Positions 1-8,559 of a stretch of DNA of 34,576 nt are shown piece after piece. The stretch comes from Hyphomicrobiales bacterium (GTDB lineage Bacteria > Pseudomonadota > Alphaproteobacteria > Rhizobiales > Devosiaceae), in assembly GCA_028290345.1 (NCBI GenBank), contig JAQGKB010000315.1, forward strand, positions 1-34,576, in the 5' to 3' direction. Every line of letters starts with the position of its first letter. The first letter of the stretch is position 1. The position numbers were made by a program, and so were the translations under genes. The notes under the pieces are model-generated. The model was given only the letters and a program-made list of their open reading frames with translations. It was not told the origin of the DNA and did no database searches.

Positions 1-54
1 CTTCGCTTGGCGCTCAAGGCGGCGGCAACTATGGCCAATACGAGAAGCGTCGAA

Positions 55-87
55 GCCGCCCGGGTTAACGCCAGTCGCCCGGGCGGC
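55..87 (+). terminator. GC-rich stem-loop, possible terminator of a gene ending upstream of or at the window edge
   Basis: 10-bp perfect stem GCCGCCCGGG (55-64) / CCCGGGCGGC (78-87) with a 13-nt loop. It is followed on the + strand by pyrimidine-rich TCTCTACTTC, with no clean U-tract. Confidence 0.3.
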
Positions 88-209
88 TCTCTACTTCACT
101 GATAGATTACCGGCGCGACACTGGACGTTGCCGGCGGACGGTTAATGCATTGAGGCATCAAATGCTTGGAAGGGTCGAGTCCTGGGTGCCTATCGCGGCC
201 CGCTCAAAT

Positions 210-1055
210 TCACCCGATAAGGGTGTGGCCGTCGTCATGCTTCCAGCCGAGCAGTCTTTCGGCTTTGCCGGTACTGAAAAAACTCCGGTAGCCGCTGAGA
301 TCTCCACGGACCGGCACGCCGGGAAAGAACCTTGTCGCCAGTTCCAAGCTCGGCACATCAATCGTGGTATCCGGCGCCACAATGTAGAACACCTCATGGC
401 CTTCAAATGCCGCGTCGAGGCTTTGGAGACTGGCTCGTGCCGCTGCTTCAAATCGGGTATAGGCCCAGAGGTGTTTCGCGATCGTCTCGTCGGCGATGCC
501 GAACGGACCAGCCGCCGTGGCGCGATCGGGAACCACCCAGTGGAAACGCAGGCTCGCGATACGAATGCCTTCGTAGCGCCGTGCGAAGCTGTCGGCCTGC
601 TGTTCGCAGATCCACTTCGACAGGCTGTAGGGCTCCTCGCTGTAGTTCGGGTGTTCCTCGTCGACCGGGAAATAGTCGAAGCGCGGCGCCCGGCTATAGG
701 AAAGACCGATGGCGTTGACGCTCGAGGCCTGGCAGATGCGCATGATACCGTGCTCAACGGCTGCCCGTAGCGCGTTGTAGCTGCCCACAACATTATTGTT
801 GTGGATAGTGTGATCGGGGTGCCTGCCCGGCGCGGGGATCGCGGCCATGTGGATCAGCGCATCGCAGCCCTCAAAGGCACTCAGCAACTGTTCATATTCG
901 CCGATATCGGCCAGAACAAACCGCAGGTTCTCCTGCTCCTTGAAGTCTGCCGGCGGCGTACGGTCGATGCTTACGACACTGTGGCCGTGGCGAAGGGCCT
1001 GTGCCGCAATGGACAATCCAATGCGGCCGCTCCCACCTGTGAGGGCAATTTTCAT
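210..1055 (-). CDS. NAD-dependent epimerase/dehydratase (extended SDR)
   Basis: 281-aa ORF. ATG at 1055 is preceded by AGGA. Rossmann motif GGSGRIG at the N-terminus and catalytic YSLSK (YxxxK). Starts 9 nt after the stop of the upstream UxuA-like gene. Confidence 0.85.
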   Translation of the reverse strand: MKIALTGGSGRIGLSIAAQALRHGHSVVSIDRTPPADFKEQENLRFVLADIGEYEQLLSAFEGCDALIHMAAIPAPGRHPDHTIHNNNVVGSYNALRAAVEHGIMRICQASSVNAIGLSYSRAPRFDYFPVDEEHPNYSEEPYSLSKWICEQQADSFARRYEGIRIASLRFHWVVPDRATAAGPFGIADETIAKHLWAYTRFEAAARASLQSLDAAFEGHEVFYIVAPDTTIDVPSLELATRFFPGVPVRGDLSGYRSFFSTGKAERLLGWKHDDGHTLIG

Positions 1056-1064
1056 GGTCAGGTC

Positions 1065-2027
1065 CTAATCTGCGTAGACGGCTTCGCGCAAACCGCGAAT
1101 ATAACCAATGGCATAGAGCCGTCCGAAGGAAGAGTAGCCGGCCTGTTCGTTGCTGTCCCCCTCAACCGTGGGCACATGATCTGGGCGCAACACGCCATCG
1201 AAACCTATATCTCGGTAGGCGCGCATGCAGGCGAGCATGTCGGTCTTGCCCGCATCATGCCAGGTCTCCTCGAACTTGCTTGGCGTGCCCTTCACGTCCC
1301 GGAAGTGGACAAAGGAAATTTTCTTGCCGAACTTCCGGATGGCCGCCGGCAGGTCATCGGTCATCAGGGTGAAATTGCCCTGGCAAAGTGTGATGGTGTT
1401 CATCGGGCTCGGCACGATGTCGAGCAGGCGCTGATAGTTGTCGATGCTGCGCATGATACGGCCGACGCCACGAATGGGCGAGAGCGGCGGGTCGTCCGGG
1501 TGCATCGAGAGCTTCACGTTCGCCTTTTCGGCAACCGGCAGCACCTTCTTGAGGAAATATTCGAGATTGACCCAGAGCTCATCCTCGCTGATCGGCGGCT
1601 GGCTCGTGATATCGTTGGGAACGTCGTTCAGATCGAAGCTCGTCACCACCGACCCACCACGCGACGGCGTGCTCATATTGGTGCGCACCCAATTGAAATC
1701 GGTCATCCACTCATAGCACCAGACGGGAATGCCTAATCTGCCCATGCTCTCGAGCAGGGTGCAGACGGTGGCGATCTCCTCGTCGCGGCCGGCCAATCCA
1801 CGTTTTGCCTTGTTCAGCGGCGGCCGCGACTCGATCACAACCAGCTTGAAGCCGCCCGCCTCATAACGCTGCTGCATGCGCAGCAATGGCGCATAGTCCC
1901 AAGGGGCCTCGCCAGGTTCCAGACTATCGAAGGGCAGAGCACCGACCGCCAGATCGACGCCGGCCTGTTTCGCTAGTTTCCAGAGCGGCGACGGCGTCGG
2001 GTTGATAAACTCGGCTATTTCAAGCAT
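1065..2027 (-). CDS. uxuA: mannonate dehydratase family protein (UxuA-like, short form)
   Basis: The track ORF runs to 2138, but that extension overlaps the upstream ATPase gene. The internal ATG at 2027 (MLEIAEF...) gives 320 aa. Motifs HPDDPP, FVHFRDV and RPDHVP are typical of the UxuA xylose-isomerase-like TIM family. Actual substrate unknown. Confidence 0.75.
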   Translation of the reverse strand: MLEIAEFINPTPSPLWKLAKQAGVDLAVGALPFDSLEPGEAPWDYAPLLRMQQRYEAGGFKLVVIESRPPLNKAKRGLAGRDEEIATVCTLLESMGRLGIPVWCYEWMTDFNWVRTNMSTPSRGGSVVTSFDLNDVPNDITSQPPISEDELWVNLEYFLKKVLPVAEKANVKLSMHPDDPPLSPIRGVGRIMRSIDNYQRLLDIVPSPMNTITLCQGNFTLMTDDLPAAIRKFGKKISFVHFRDVKGTPSKFEETWHDAGKTDMLACMRAYRDIGFDGVLRPDHVPTVEGDSNEQAGYSSFGRLYAIGYIRGLREAVYAD

Positions 2028-2100
2028 AAGACGATATTCCCATGTGAGCCCACGGCAATGCGATCGGTCCCGCCGTTGCGAGCGATCCGAGAGGGCTAGT

Positions 2101-3111
2101 TCACGCTGGCAAGAGCTCGGAGAGGTGATCGGGAGCAACCTGTGGCTGCTCGGCGTAGAGATAGCACGACGCTGTGTGATGGGCGTCGATGCGGAAAAGT
2201 GGCGGCGGGGTCTTGCAAATCTCCATCGCCATCGGACAACGCGAGCGAAAGCGACACCCTTCAGTGCTGGCGCCGGAGTCTCGCGCCTTGATCGGTTGCA
2301 CGCCCCAGCGCTTTTCCAGATTTGGCCACGGGATGGAGTCCACCAGCAACTGAGTATAGGGATGCCGGGGACTTTTGATCACCGTATCGATGTCCCCCGC
2401 CTCCATCACAGCGCCGCGATAGAGCACGATGATAGACTTTGAAATGTGGTAGGCCGTGGTCAGGTCGTGGGTGATGTAGATGATGGAAACGCCATGGTCG
2501 CGCTGCAGATTGCGCAGCGTTTCGAGGATATTGGCCCGCAGCGAGGCATCCACCATCGAGACGGGTTCGTCCGCGATCAACAGCCGCGGCTTCAGCAGTA
2601 ACGCCCGCGCCACATTGATGCGCTGGCGTTGGCCGCCCGAAAGTTGATGCGGGAACCGCCCCAGGACATCCTCGGGGCGCAGGCCGACCGCCGTGAGCGC
2701 CTCATCCATCCTGTTACGGGCATCGGCCCTTGATTTCGCCAGCTTGAAGCGTCTGATCGGAACCGTCAGCAGATGGTCGACCGTATAGAACGGATTGAAG
2801 ACGGCGAAGGGATCCTGGAACACAGCCTGGACTTCGCGGCGAAAGGCCATCCGCTGCTTGCCATGAAGGGTTGTGATATTCTTGCCGCGATAGATGATCT
2901 GTCCGGTGGTCGGCGTAGTGAAGCCGAGGAGAAGCATGGCGAGGGTCGTCTTGCCACTGCCACTCTCGCCGGCGACCGTCAGGATTGTCGGCTCATTCTC
3001 GCGCAGCGTGAGCGAGATGTCCTGCAACGCAATCGTCGCCTTGGTATTGATCAAGCCCCGTGAATAGACCTTCGAAACATTCTTCAGTTCCAGCAGATTT
3101 GCCATTTTCAT
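2101..3111 (-). CDS. ABC transporter ATP-binding protein, oligopeptide/dipeptide type (DppF/OppF-like)
   Basis: 336 aa. Walker A GESGSGKT, signature LSGGQRQR, Walker B LLIADEP. C-terminal Opp-type extension with four Cys ([14 protein letters not shown]...SC). The start overlaps the upstream ATPase stop (ATGA at 3108-3111). Confidence 0.9.
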   Translation of the reverse strand: MKMANLLELKNVSKVYSRGLINTKATIALQDISLTLRENEPTILTVAGESGSGKTTLAMLLLGFTTPTTGQIIYRGKNITTLHGKQRMAFRREVQAVFQDPFAVFNPFYTVDHLLTVPIRRFKLAKSRADARNRMDEALTAVGLRPEDVLGRFPHQLSGGQRQRINVARALLLKPRLLIADEPVSMVDASLRANILETLRNLQRDHGVSIIYITHDLTTAYHISKSIIVLYRGAVMEAGDIDTVIKSPRHPYTQLLVDSIPWPNLEKRWGVQPIKARDSGASTEGCRFRSRCPMAMEICKTPPPLFRIDAHHTASCYLYAEQPQVAPDHLSELLPA

Positions 3112-4145
3112 GCCTCCTCGTTGAAAAGGTGGCAGGTGACGACGCGCCCGCTCGCCAGCATCCTGACCTCGGGACGGGTCGTGCCGCAGATATCCATGGC
3201 GTGGGTGCAGCGCGGGTGAAAGGCGCAGCCGGTCGGCAGGCGCAACAGCGACGGGGCGAGGCCGGGGATGCCTTGGAACACCCCCTTGTTGTCCAAATTG
3301 GGCAAGCTGCTGATCAGAGCGCGCGCGTATGGATGCTTTGGATCGGTGAACATCTCTCGCACCGTGCTGACCTCGACCAGGCGCCCGGCATACATCACCG
3401 CAACCTTGTCGACGAACTGGGCCATCAAGCCCATGTCGTGGCCGATAAGAATGACGGCGGCGTTGATCTCCTTCTGGACCCGGTCGATCGTCTCCATCAC
3501 CTGGCGCTGCGTGACCACGTCGAGCGCGCTGGTCGGTTCGTCGGCGATGATCACCTGCGGGTTAAGCAAGATGCCGATGGCGATGCAGACGCGCTGCTTC
3601 ATGCCGCCGCTCAGCTCGTGCGCATACATGCGGAACACGCTGGCATCGAGATCGACGGATTTCAGGGCGTGTGCACAGCGGTCTCCAATGCTTGACCGCG
3701 ATTCTCCGTTCATGTGGGATTTCACCGCGTCCACCATCTGGGCGCCGATCCGCATGACCGGATTGAGCGAGTTCATCGCACCTTGCGGGATATAGGCGAT
3801 CTTGCTGAGGCGCGCCTTGCGCATCGCATCGTCGTCGAGCCCCGTCAGATCGGTATCGCCGACGATCACCCGGCCGGCTTCGATCCGCCCCGGCGGCTTG
3901 ATCATCCGCATCATCGCGAGGGCCAGCGTACTCTTGCCCGAGCCGGATTCGCCCACCATCCCCAGCTTTTCGCCCGCGCTGAGCGTGAAACTCACATCGT
4001 CGAGGGCTTTCGCACGGCCGGCATCGGTGTAGTACGTCACCTCGAGGTTCTGCACTCGCAGCACCGGCTCCGGGCCGGACGGCCTGGCGGAAAGCGCCGA
4101 AGTCCGCGAGGTAGTTGGACGATCCGAAAGGACTTCACTCATCAT
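3108..4145 (-). CDS. ABC transporter ATP-binding protein, oligopeptide/dipeptide type (DppD/OppD-like)
   Basis: 345 aa. Walker A GESGSGKS, signature LSGGMKQR, Walker B IIADEP. C-terminal four-Cys extension (CAFHPRCTHAMDIC...TC). Confidence 0.9.
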   Translation of the reverse strand: MMSEVLSDRPTTSRTSALSARPSGPEPVLRVQNLEVTYYTDAGRAKALDDVSFTLSAGEKLGMVGESGSGKSTLALAMMRMIKPPGRIEAGRVIVGDTDLTGLDDDAMRKARLSKIAYIPQGAMNSLNPVMRIGAQMVDAVKSHMNGESRSSIGDRCAHALKSVDLDASVFRMYAHELSGGMKQRVCIAIGILLNPQVIIADEPTSALDVVTQRQVMETIDRVQKEINAAVILIGHDMGLMAQFVDKVAVMYAGRLVEVSTVREMFTDPKHPYARALISSLPNLDNKGVFQGIPGLAPSLLRLPTGCAFHPRCTHAMDICGTTRPEVRMLASGRVVTCHLFNEEA

Positions 4146-4147
4146 TG

Positions 4148-5053
4148 CTACTCTGACCTACGCACGCGTGGATTTGCCAACTCATCGAGCCCCATGATGA
4201 CGAGCGCTAGCGACCCGAGGATCAGGATCATCGCCACCGCCGGCTCGATCGGCCACCACCACCAACCATTGAAGAACGCGCCCTGCGTTTGCGCCGCCCA
4301 GATAATGTTGCCGAGCAGCGGCTCCCGCAGCGGGCCGAGCCCAAGCACGGCCAGGTAGAACGAGGCGAAAACGGCGGCGAAGACCTGCCCCACAAAGGCG
4401 GCGGCGATGAAGGGAAGCAGGTTCGGCAGGATCTCCTTGAAGATGATACCGAGATCGCTGACGCCGGAAAGCTTTGCCACCGAGACAAACTGCCGTTCCT
4501 TCATGGTGAGAACCTGCGACCGGATCACGAGCGTCGGCCCCATCCACGCGAGCATTACGACGATGAAGGCCATCGTCAGTATAGTCACGTCGCGCTTGTC
4601 CAGCGAACCGGCCACCACGACCTGGATCAGCAGGACTGGGATCGGGGTCAGGATCTGGCACACGCTCTTGACGGCGCTGTCGATCCAGCCGCCGAAGTAA
4701 GCGGATACGAAGCCAAGAACGACCCCGATGAACGTGCCCAGCCCACCGGCGAGCACGCCGATTACCGCGGTCTGCCACATCCCGACGACCATCGCCGCCA
4801 GCAGGTTACGGCCAAAAAAATCCGTGCCCAGCAGATACTGCAGGCTCGGCGGGCGCTTGGTCGGCGCAGCCAGCGGATAGGCCTGCTTGGCATCAACGGC
4901 CAGAAATCCGATCACGGTGAAGGCGACCAGAAGCAAAAGGACGGTCAGGCCAATTGCGAGGCTTTTGTTCCGACGAATATAGCGAAACAGGAGGGCCGGA
5001 CGGCTTGGCTGGATCACTTCAGCCGGCGTCCACACGACGGTTGCCATCTGCAT
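4148..5053 (-). CDS. ABC transporter permease (DppC/OppC-like)
   Basis: 301 aa, multiple hydrophobic helices, typical binding-protein-dependent transport inner-membrane component. ATG at 5053. Sits 2 nt upstream of the first ATPase gene. Confidence 0.88.
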   Translation of the reverse strand: MQMATVVWTPAEVIQPSRPALLFRYIRRNKSLAIGLTVLLLLVAFTVIGFLAVDAKQAYPLAAPTKRPPSLQYLLGTDFFGRNLLAAMVVGMWQTAVIGVLAGGLGTFIGVVLGFVSAYFGGWIDSAVKSVCQILTPIPVLLIQVVVAGSLDKRDVTILTMAFIVVMLAWMGPTLVIRSQVLTMKERQFVSVAKLSGVSDLGIIFKEILPNLLPFIAAAFVGQVFAAVFASFYLAVLGLGPLREPLLGNIIWAAQTQGAFFNGWWWWPIEPAVAMILILGSLALVIMGLDELANPRVRRSE

Positions 5054-5058
5054 TGCTC

Positions 5059-6078
5059 CTACTGTTTACGAATGCGCGGATCGATCAGCGGGTAGACGAA
5101 CTCCATCGCCACCATCAGCGTCGCGACGGTGATGGTGATGAAGAGCACAATTCCGTAGATGACCGGGAAGTCGTTGGATTTGATTGCATCCTGCAGCAGC
5201 GTGCCAATTCCCGGCAAAAAGAAGATGCTCTCGATGATGATCGCCGACGTCACCACCGTTCCGAGGGCGAGCGCGAAGCCGGTCACCTGCGGTAGCAAGG
5301 CGTTCCTGAGGTAGTAATCCCGGAAGATGCTCACGCCATCCAATCCCTTGTGCTCCGCAAAATTCACATAGTCTTCGCCCTGGATCGTTATGCCCATGCC
5401 GCGCATCGACAGCACCCAGCCACCTACCGAGCCGAAGATCAGCGCCAGGGCGGGCAGGATTTGGTGTTGCGCCATATCGAGCGCAAATCCCCAGGACCAG
5501 TTGGGAATGACGCCGATCGAGTAGGCGCCACCAAGCGGCAAGAGTTTGAGCCGGAAGCCAACGAAGAAGAGCAGAAGGACGCCCATCAGTACCGGGGGCA
5601 CACCGGTTAGCAGCACGAACGGCGTTGCCACTGCGCGCAGCCACTGTGGCGCCTTTGGCCAGGCGGCGATCGCGCCGAGCAGATTGCCGATCAGAAAACT
5701 AAGAATCGTGGTGACGAGCAGCAGACCCAGGGTCCAGGGCAATGCCTGCGAGATCAGGTCGATGACCGTCGACGGATACTTGTTGAGCGAATAGCCAAAA
5801 TCGAGGCGCAGCACCCCCGACATGTAGTCGACGTACTGCTGCAACAACGGCTTATCCAAGCCGAACTGCGTCTGCATGGCGGTGATGATCTTTTCCAGGT
5901 CACCCGGTGAAAATCCGCCATTGCGCGCAAGGAGGGCGAACCGTTCCCGGATCGCGCTGCGTGGCGAAAAGCGCGGGATTATGAACGTTATGGTCGAGGC
6001 CGACCAAATGACCAGGATCAGGAAGAGGAAACGTCGAACGACCAACCAAAGAGTTCTCAACCGCCTACTCCAAAGCAC
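5059..6078 (-). CDS. ABC transporter permease (DppB/OppB-like)
   Basis: 339 aa, polytopic. The track start at 6078 is GTG without a Shine-Dalgarno sequence. An in-frame TTG at 6060 is preceded by GGAG at 7 nt and may be the real start. Confidence 0.85.
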   Translation of the reverse strand: MLWSRRLRTLWLVVRRFLFLILVIWSASTITFIIPRFSPRSAIRERFALLARNGGFSPGDLEKIITAMQTQFGLDKPLLQQYVDYMSGVLRLDFGYSLNKYPSTVIDLISQALPWTLGLLLVTTILSFLIGNLLGAIAAWPKAPQWLRAVATPFVLLTGVPPVLMGVLLLFFVGFRLKLLPLGGAYSIGVIPNWSWGFALDMAQHQILPALALIFGSVGGWVLSMRGMGITIQGEDYVNFAEHKGLDGVSIFRDYYLRNALLPQVTGFALALGTVVTSAIIIESIFFLPGIGTLLQDAIKSNDFPVIYGIVLFITITVATLMVAMEFVYPLIDPRIRKQ

Positions 6079-6095
6079 TAAGAGACCAGGAAGGA

Positions 6096-6123
6096 GAGGT
6101 GTGCATCACTTGACGCACACCTC
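6096..6123 (-). promoter_or_regulatory. intercistronic stem-loop between the SBP and first permease gene
   Basis: 9-bp perfect stem GAGGTGTGC (6096-6104) / GCACACCTC (6115-6123) with a 10-nt loop. Lies in the 59-nt gap after the SBP stop. Confidence 0.5.
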
Positions 6124-6137
6124 CCGAGGTTGCAGCC

Positions 6138-7919
6138 CTATTTGGCCGGATGCAGACTGGTCACCACAAGCATGCCCGTCTGAGCCCAGAAGGCTCCGTT
6201 CGTGCCCATGGCGAGGTTGTCTTTGGTCGGCCAATTGGTCCAGTACGTCTGGTTGTACGGGATCCGATGCAGCCACTGGATGACCGGGATGTCGATCGTG
6301 TCGCGCCAGTAGATTTCCAGCGCCTTGGCAGCCAATGCGTGGAACTTCGGATCGTCCGACGAGAGCGGCGCCATCTGATCGAGGATGGCGTCGTACTCAG
6401 GGTTCTTGTAGCGCGAGAAACGGTTGTTACCGGCCGAAGTGCCGATCGAGGCGCTATAGCGGCCATGGAAGAGTTCAAGGGCCGCGTATGGATCCTTCAA
6501 GCTGGCGCCGTGGCCGAACAGGTAAAGCCCGGGGACGCCGGAATTCATGTTCTGCTGCGCGTCCGTCCCGAAATTGATCGTGGCGTCGAAGCCGCCGTTC
6601 TTCAGCATTTCGACCAGCACCGGGGCGATGTCGCTATGGATGCCTTCGAAGCCGTTGATGGTGGCGTTGACCGTCTTGCCGTCCTTCGCCCAAAGGCCGT
6701 CGCCATTCTTGGTGAAACCGGCGGCGGTCATCTGCTTGGCGCTTTCGTCCAGATCGAACTTGCCCGGCTGATACTTGGCTTCGATCGCCTTGACGTCCGG
6801 CGAGTCGACGAAGGCCTGCAGGCCCGGGTAGAGCGGGAAGGGATAGATCGATGCAATCTTGGCGCCGTCGTAGAGCACGTCATTGATCTGATCGCGATTG
6901 ATAGCGAGACTCATGGCGCGGCGCACCCGAGGATCGCTATACGGCGCGAGCTGCGTATTGACCCACAGCGAATTCGGCCACCAATCGAGATAGCCAAATG
7001 GCGACTGATTGCCGGAGTGGGTAGTAACCTTCGGATTTTGCGCGAGAATGTTGCCGATAACCGAGCTGCGCATATCCAGCGACGAGTCCATCTCGTTGTT
7101 GACGATGCGCTGCGCGACGGTGTCCATGTTCTGGCCGACCTGGCCACCCAGGTTCACCATCACGATGCGCTTGACGGCGGGCACCGGCATCAGCCCCGCC
7201 TTCACTGCCCACCAGTCCGGCCGCAGGTTGAAGATTTTCTGGTTGGCGTTCCAGGCCACGAGGTCGTAGGGACCCGAATGGATCATCTCGGTGCCGCCGA
7301 AATAGGCGTTCACATCGGCTTGCTTCGACAGGGCCGCGGCAGGCACGATCGGAATACCCGTGTCGAACTTCTCCGTAAGGACCTCGAACTTGAAGCGGGG
7401 TGCCGGAATTTTGAATTTTACGTCGACCGTCTGGTCATCGACTGCCTTGACGGAGTCGACGAACTGATCGAACGAGGCATGATACGGCAGCTTTTCGTTC
7501 TTCATCTGGCCTTCGAAGGTGAAGACGACATCCTTCGCGGTCACGGGCGAACCATCACTCCATTTGGCCTGGGGGTTCAGCTTGATCTCGAGCGAGGTAA
7601 AATCCTTGCTCGTGTATTCCATGCTGGTCGCCAGCCAAGGGATGTACTTGTCAGCAAAAATCCCGAAATACATCAATGGCTCCCACATGAAGCCATTGCC
7701 TTCCTGGTGGGTATACCCGGGAACCGCCCACGGGTTCGTGACACCGATTGGCGACGCAATGCTCCAGCCCAGTACGAGCGTCTGGTTGCGCGGAACATCC
7801 GGCAGCGGCTTCGCCGGGACGATTTCGGCGGGCGCTGCGTTTTGCGAGTAAGCAGATGATGGGGCGAGTGTAGCGGCTATAGCGAGCAGAACGGCTGCAG
7901 CAAACTTAATATTGACCAT
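6138..7919 (-). CDS. ABC transporter substrate-binding protein, family 5 (peptide/opine/nickel type)
   Basis: 593 aa. N-terminal signal peptide MVNIKFAAAVLLAIAATLAPSSAYSQ. Size and composition are typical of SBP_bac_5. ATG at 7919 is preceded by AGGGAGA at 8 nt. Confidence 0.88.
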   Translation of the reverse strand: MVNIKFAAAVLLAIAATLAPSSAYSQNAAPAEIVPAKPLPDVPRNQTLVLGWSIASPIGVTNPWAVPGYTHQEGNGFMWEPLMYFGIFADKYIPWLATSMEYTSKDFTSLEIKLNPQAKWSDGSPVTAKDVVFTFEGQMKNEKLPYHASFDQFVDSVKAVDDQTVDVKFKIPAPRFKFEVLTEKFDTGIPIVPAAALSKQADVNAYFGGTEMIHSGPYDLVAWNANQKIFNLRPDWWAVKAGLMPVPAVKRIVMVNLGGQVGQNMDTVAQRIVNNEMDSSLDMRSSVIGNILAQNPKVTTHSGNQSPFGYLDWWPNSLWVNTQLAPYSDPRVRRAMSLAINRDQINDVLYDGAKIASIYPFPLYPGLQAFVDSPDVKAIEAKYQPGKFDLDESAKQMTAAGFTKNGDGLWAKDGKTVNATINGFEGIHSDIAPVLVEMLKNGGFDATINFGTDAQQNMNSGVPGLYLFGHGASLKDPYAALELFHGRYSASIGTSAGNNRFSRYKNPEYDAILDQMAPLSSDDPKFHALAAKALEIYWRDTIDIPVIQWLHRIPYNQTYWTNWPTKDNLAMGTNGAFWAQTGMLVVTSLHPAK

Positions 7920-8559
7920 AGGACAGATTCTCCCTTGACTGTCGATGGAATAACAATACGCCTCGTTGCGACACGCGATATAATACTGGCTTGGCGATTA
8001 CTTCTTTCGGCCCCTCCTCCAAGGCGACCGTGCTTGCCTTATTCGTCCCTGTGCCAAGCAGGGTTGGCCGACGCGGCGTTGTTCCTGAATTCCTCTCAGG
8101 ACTTCTTTGTGCCGGGCTTCGCCGATGCATTCACCAGCTTGTCCGGGCCATTTTTTTTGGAAGCCATCAGTGGTGGTACAAGCTTTCGCGGCCTCCCGCG
8201 CCACTGTATCGCTAAGCCGTCGCCGACCTGCACAACGTCAGACGTACGGCTACGCTGCTCACAACGATGTTGCTTGTACCTGCCTGCCAGATGGCTTGGC
8301 GTCCTCCCGTTCTGGTACTGCTCCGATCGAGCAATCCAGATTTTTATTATCATTTTGTTGAGCGTTAACCGTCCGGTCTGGTGGAGTCAACAGATGGATA
8401 GTGGAGCACGTCACGCCCTCCCTAGCGGCTCTCGAGGCCGGCTCCGCTTGGGCCTTGACGGTCAGATTTTTTTTGATCATAAATTTCCGCCCCGTTTCGA
8501 TCCGGGCCGAACACCCCTGTTGAAATTCGCCTGAAGTTTGAGCGCACAGGGGCCGGTCG
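7920..8559. promoter_or_regulatory. 640-bp low-GC non-coding gap, presumed promoter/operator region of the family-5 ABC operon
   Basis: No ORF with host-like codon usage. Contains an AT-rich TATTATAT box on the minus strand about 55 nt upstream of the SBP start, two T8 runs (8151-8158, 8467-8474), and a 9-bp inverted repeat GGTACAAGC (8175-8183) / GCTTGTACC (8272-8280). Confidence 0.5.

Noticed and set aside
1-102. Possible 3' end of a + strand gene at the window edge (frame 3 ends with TAA at 66-68, frame 1 ends with TGA at 100-102)
   Set aside because: It is too short to assess. Codon bias is not decisive in either frame. Only the following stem-loop (55-87) is reported.
6150-7859. 569-aa ORF on the + strand
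   Set aside because: It lies entirely antisense to the well-supported family-5 SBP gene. The composition is Arg/Gly/Asp/His-rich and low-complexity, typical of shadow ORFs in high-GC DNA. No motif.
8151-8474. Two T8 homopolymers as phase-variation switches
   Set aside because: Neither lies in a supported CDS or between recognisable -35/-10 elements. There is no evidence for slipped-strand control.
8259-8534. Small ORFs in the 640-bp gap (minus strand 8259-8480, 73 aa; plus strand 8394-8534, 46 aa, with GGAG at 7 nt)
   Set aside because: Third-position composition is AT-rich, unlike all confident genes here. The sequences are hydrophilic and low-complexity with no motif. They are kept only as part of the gap finding.
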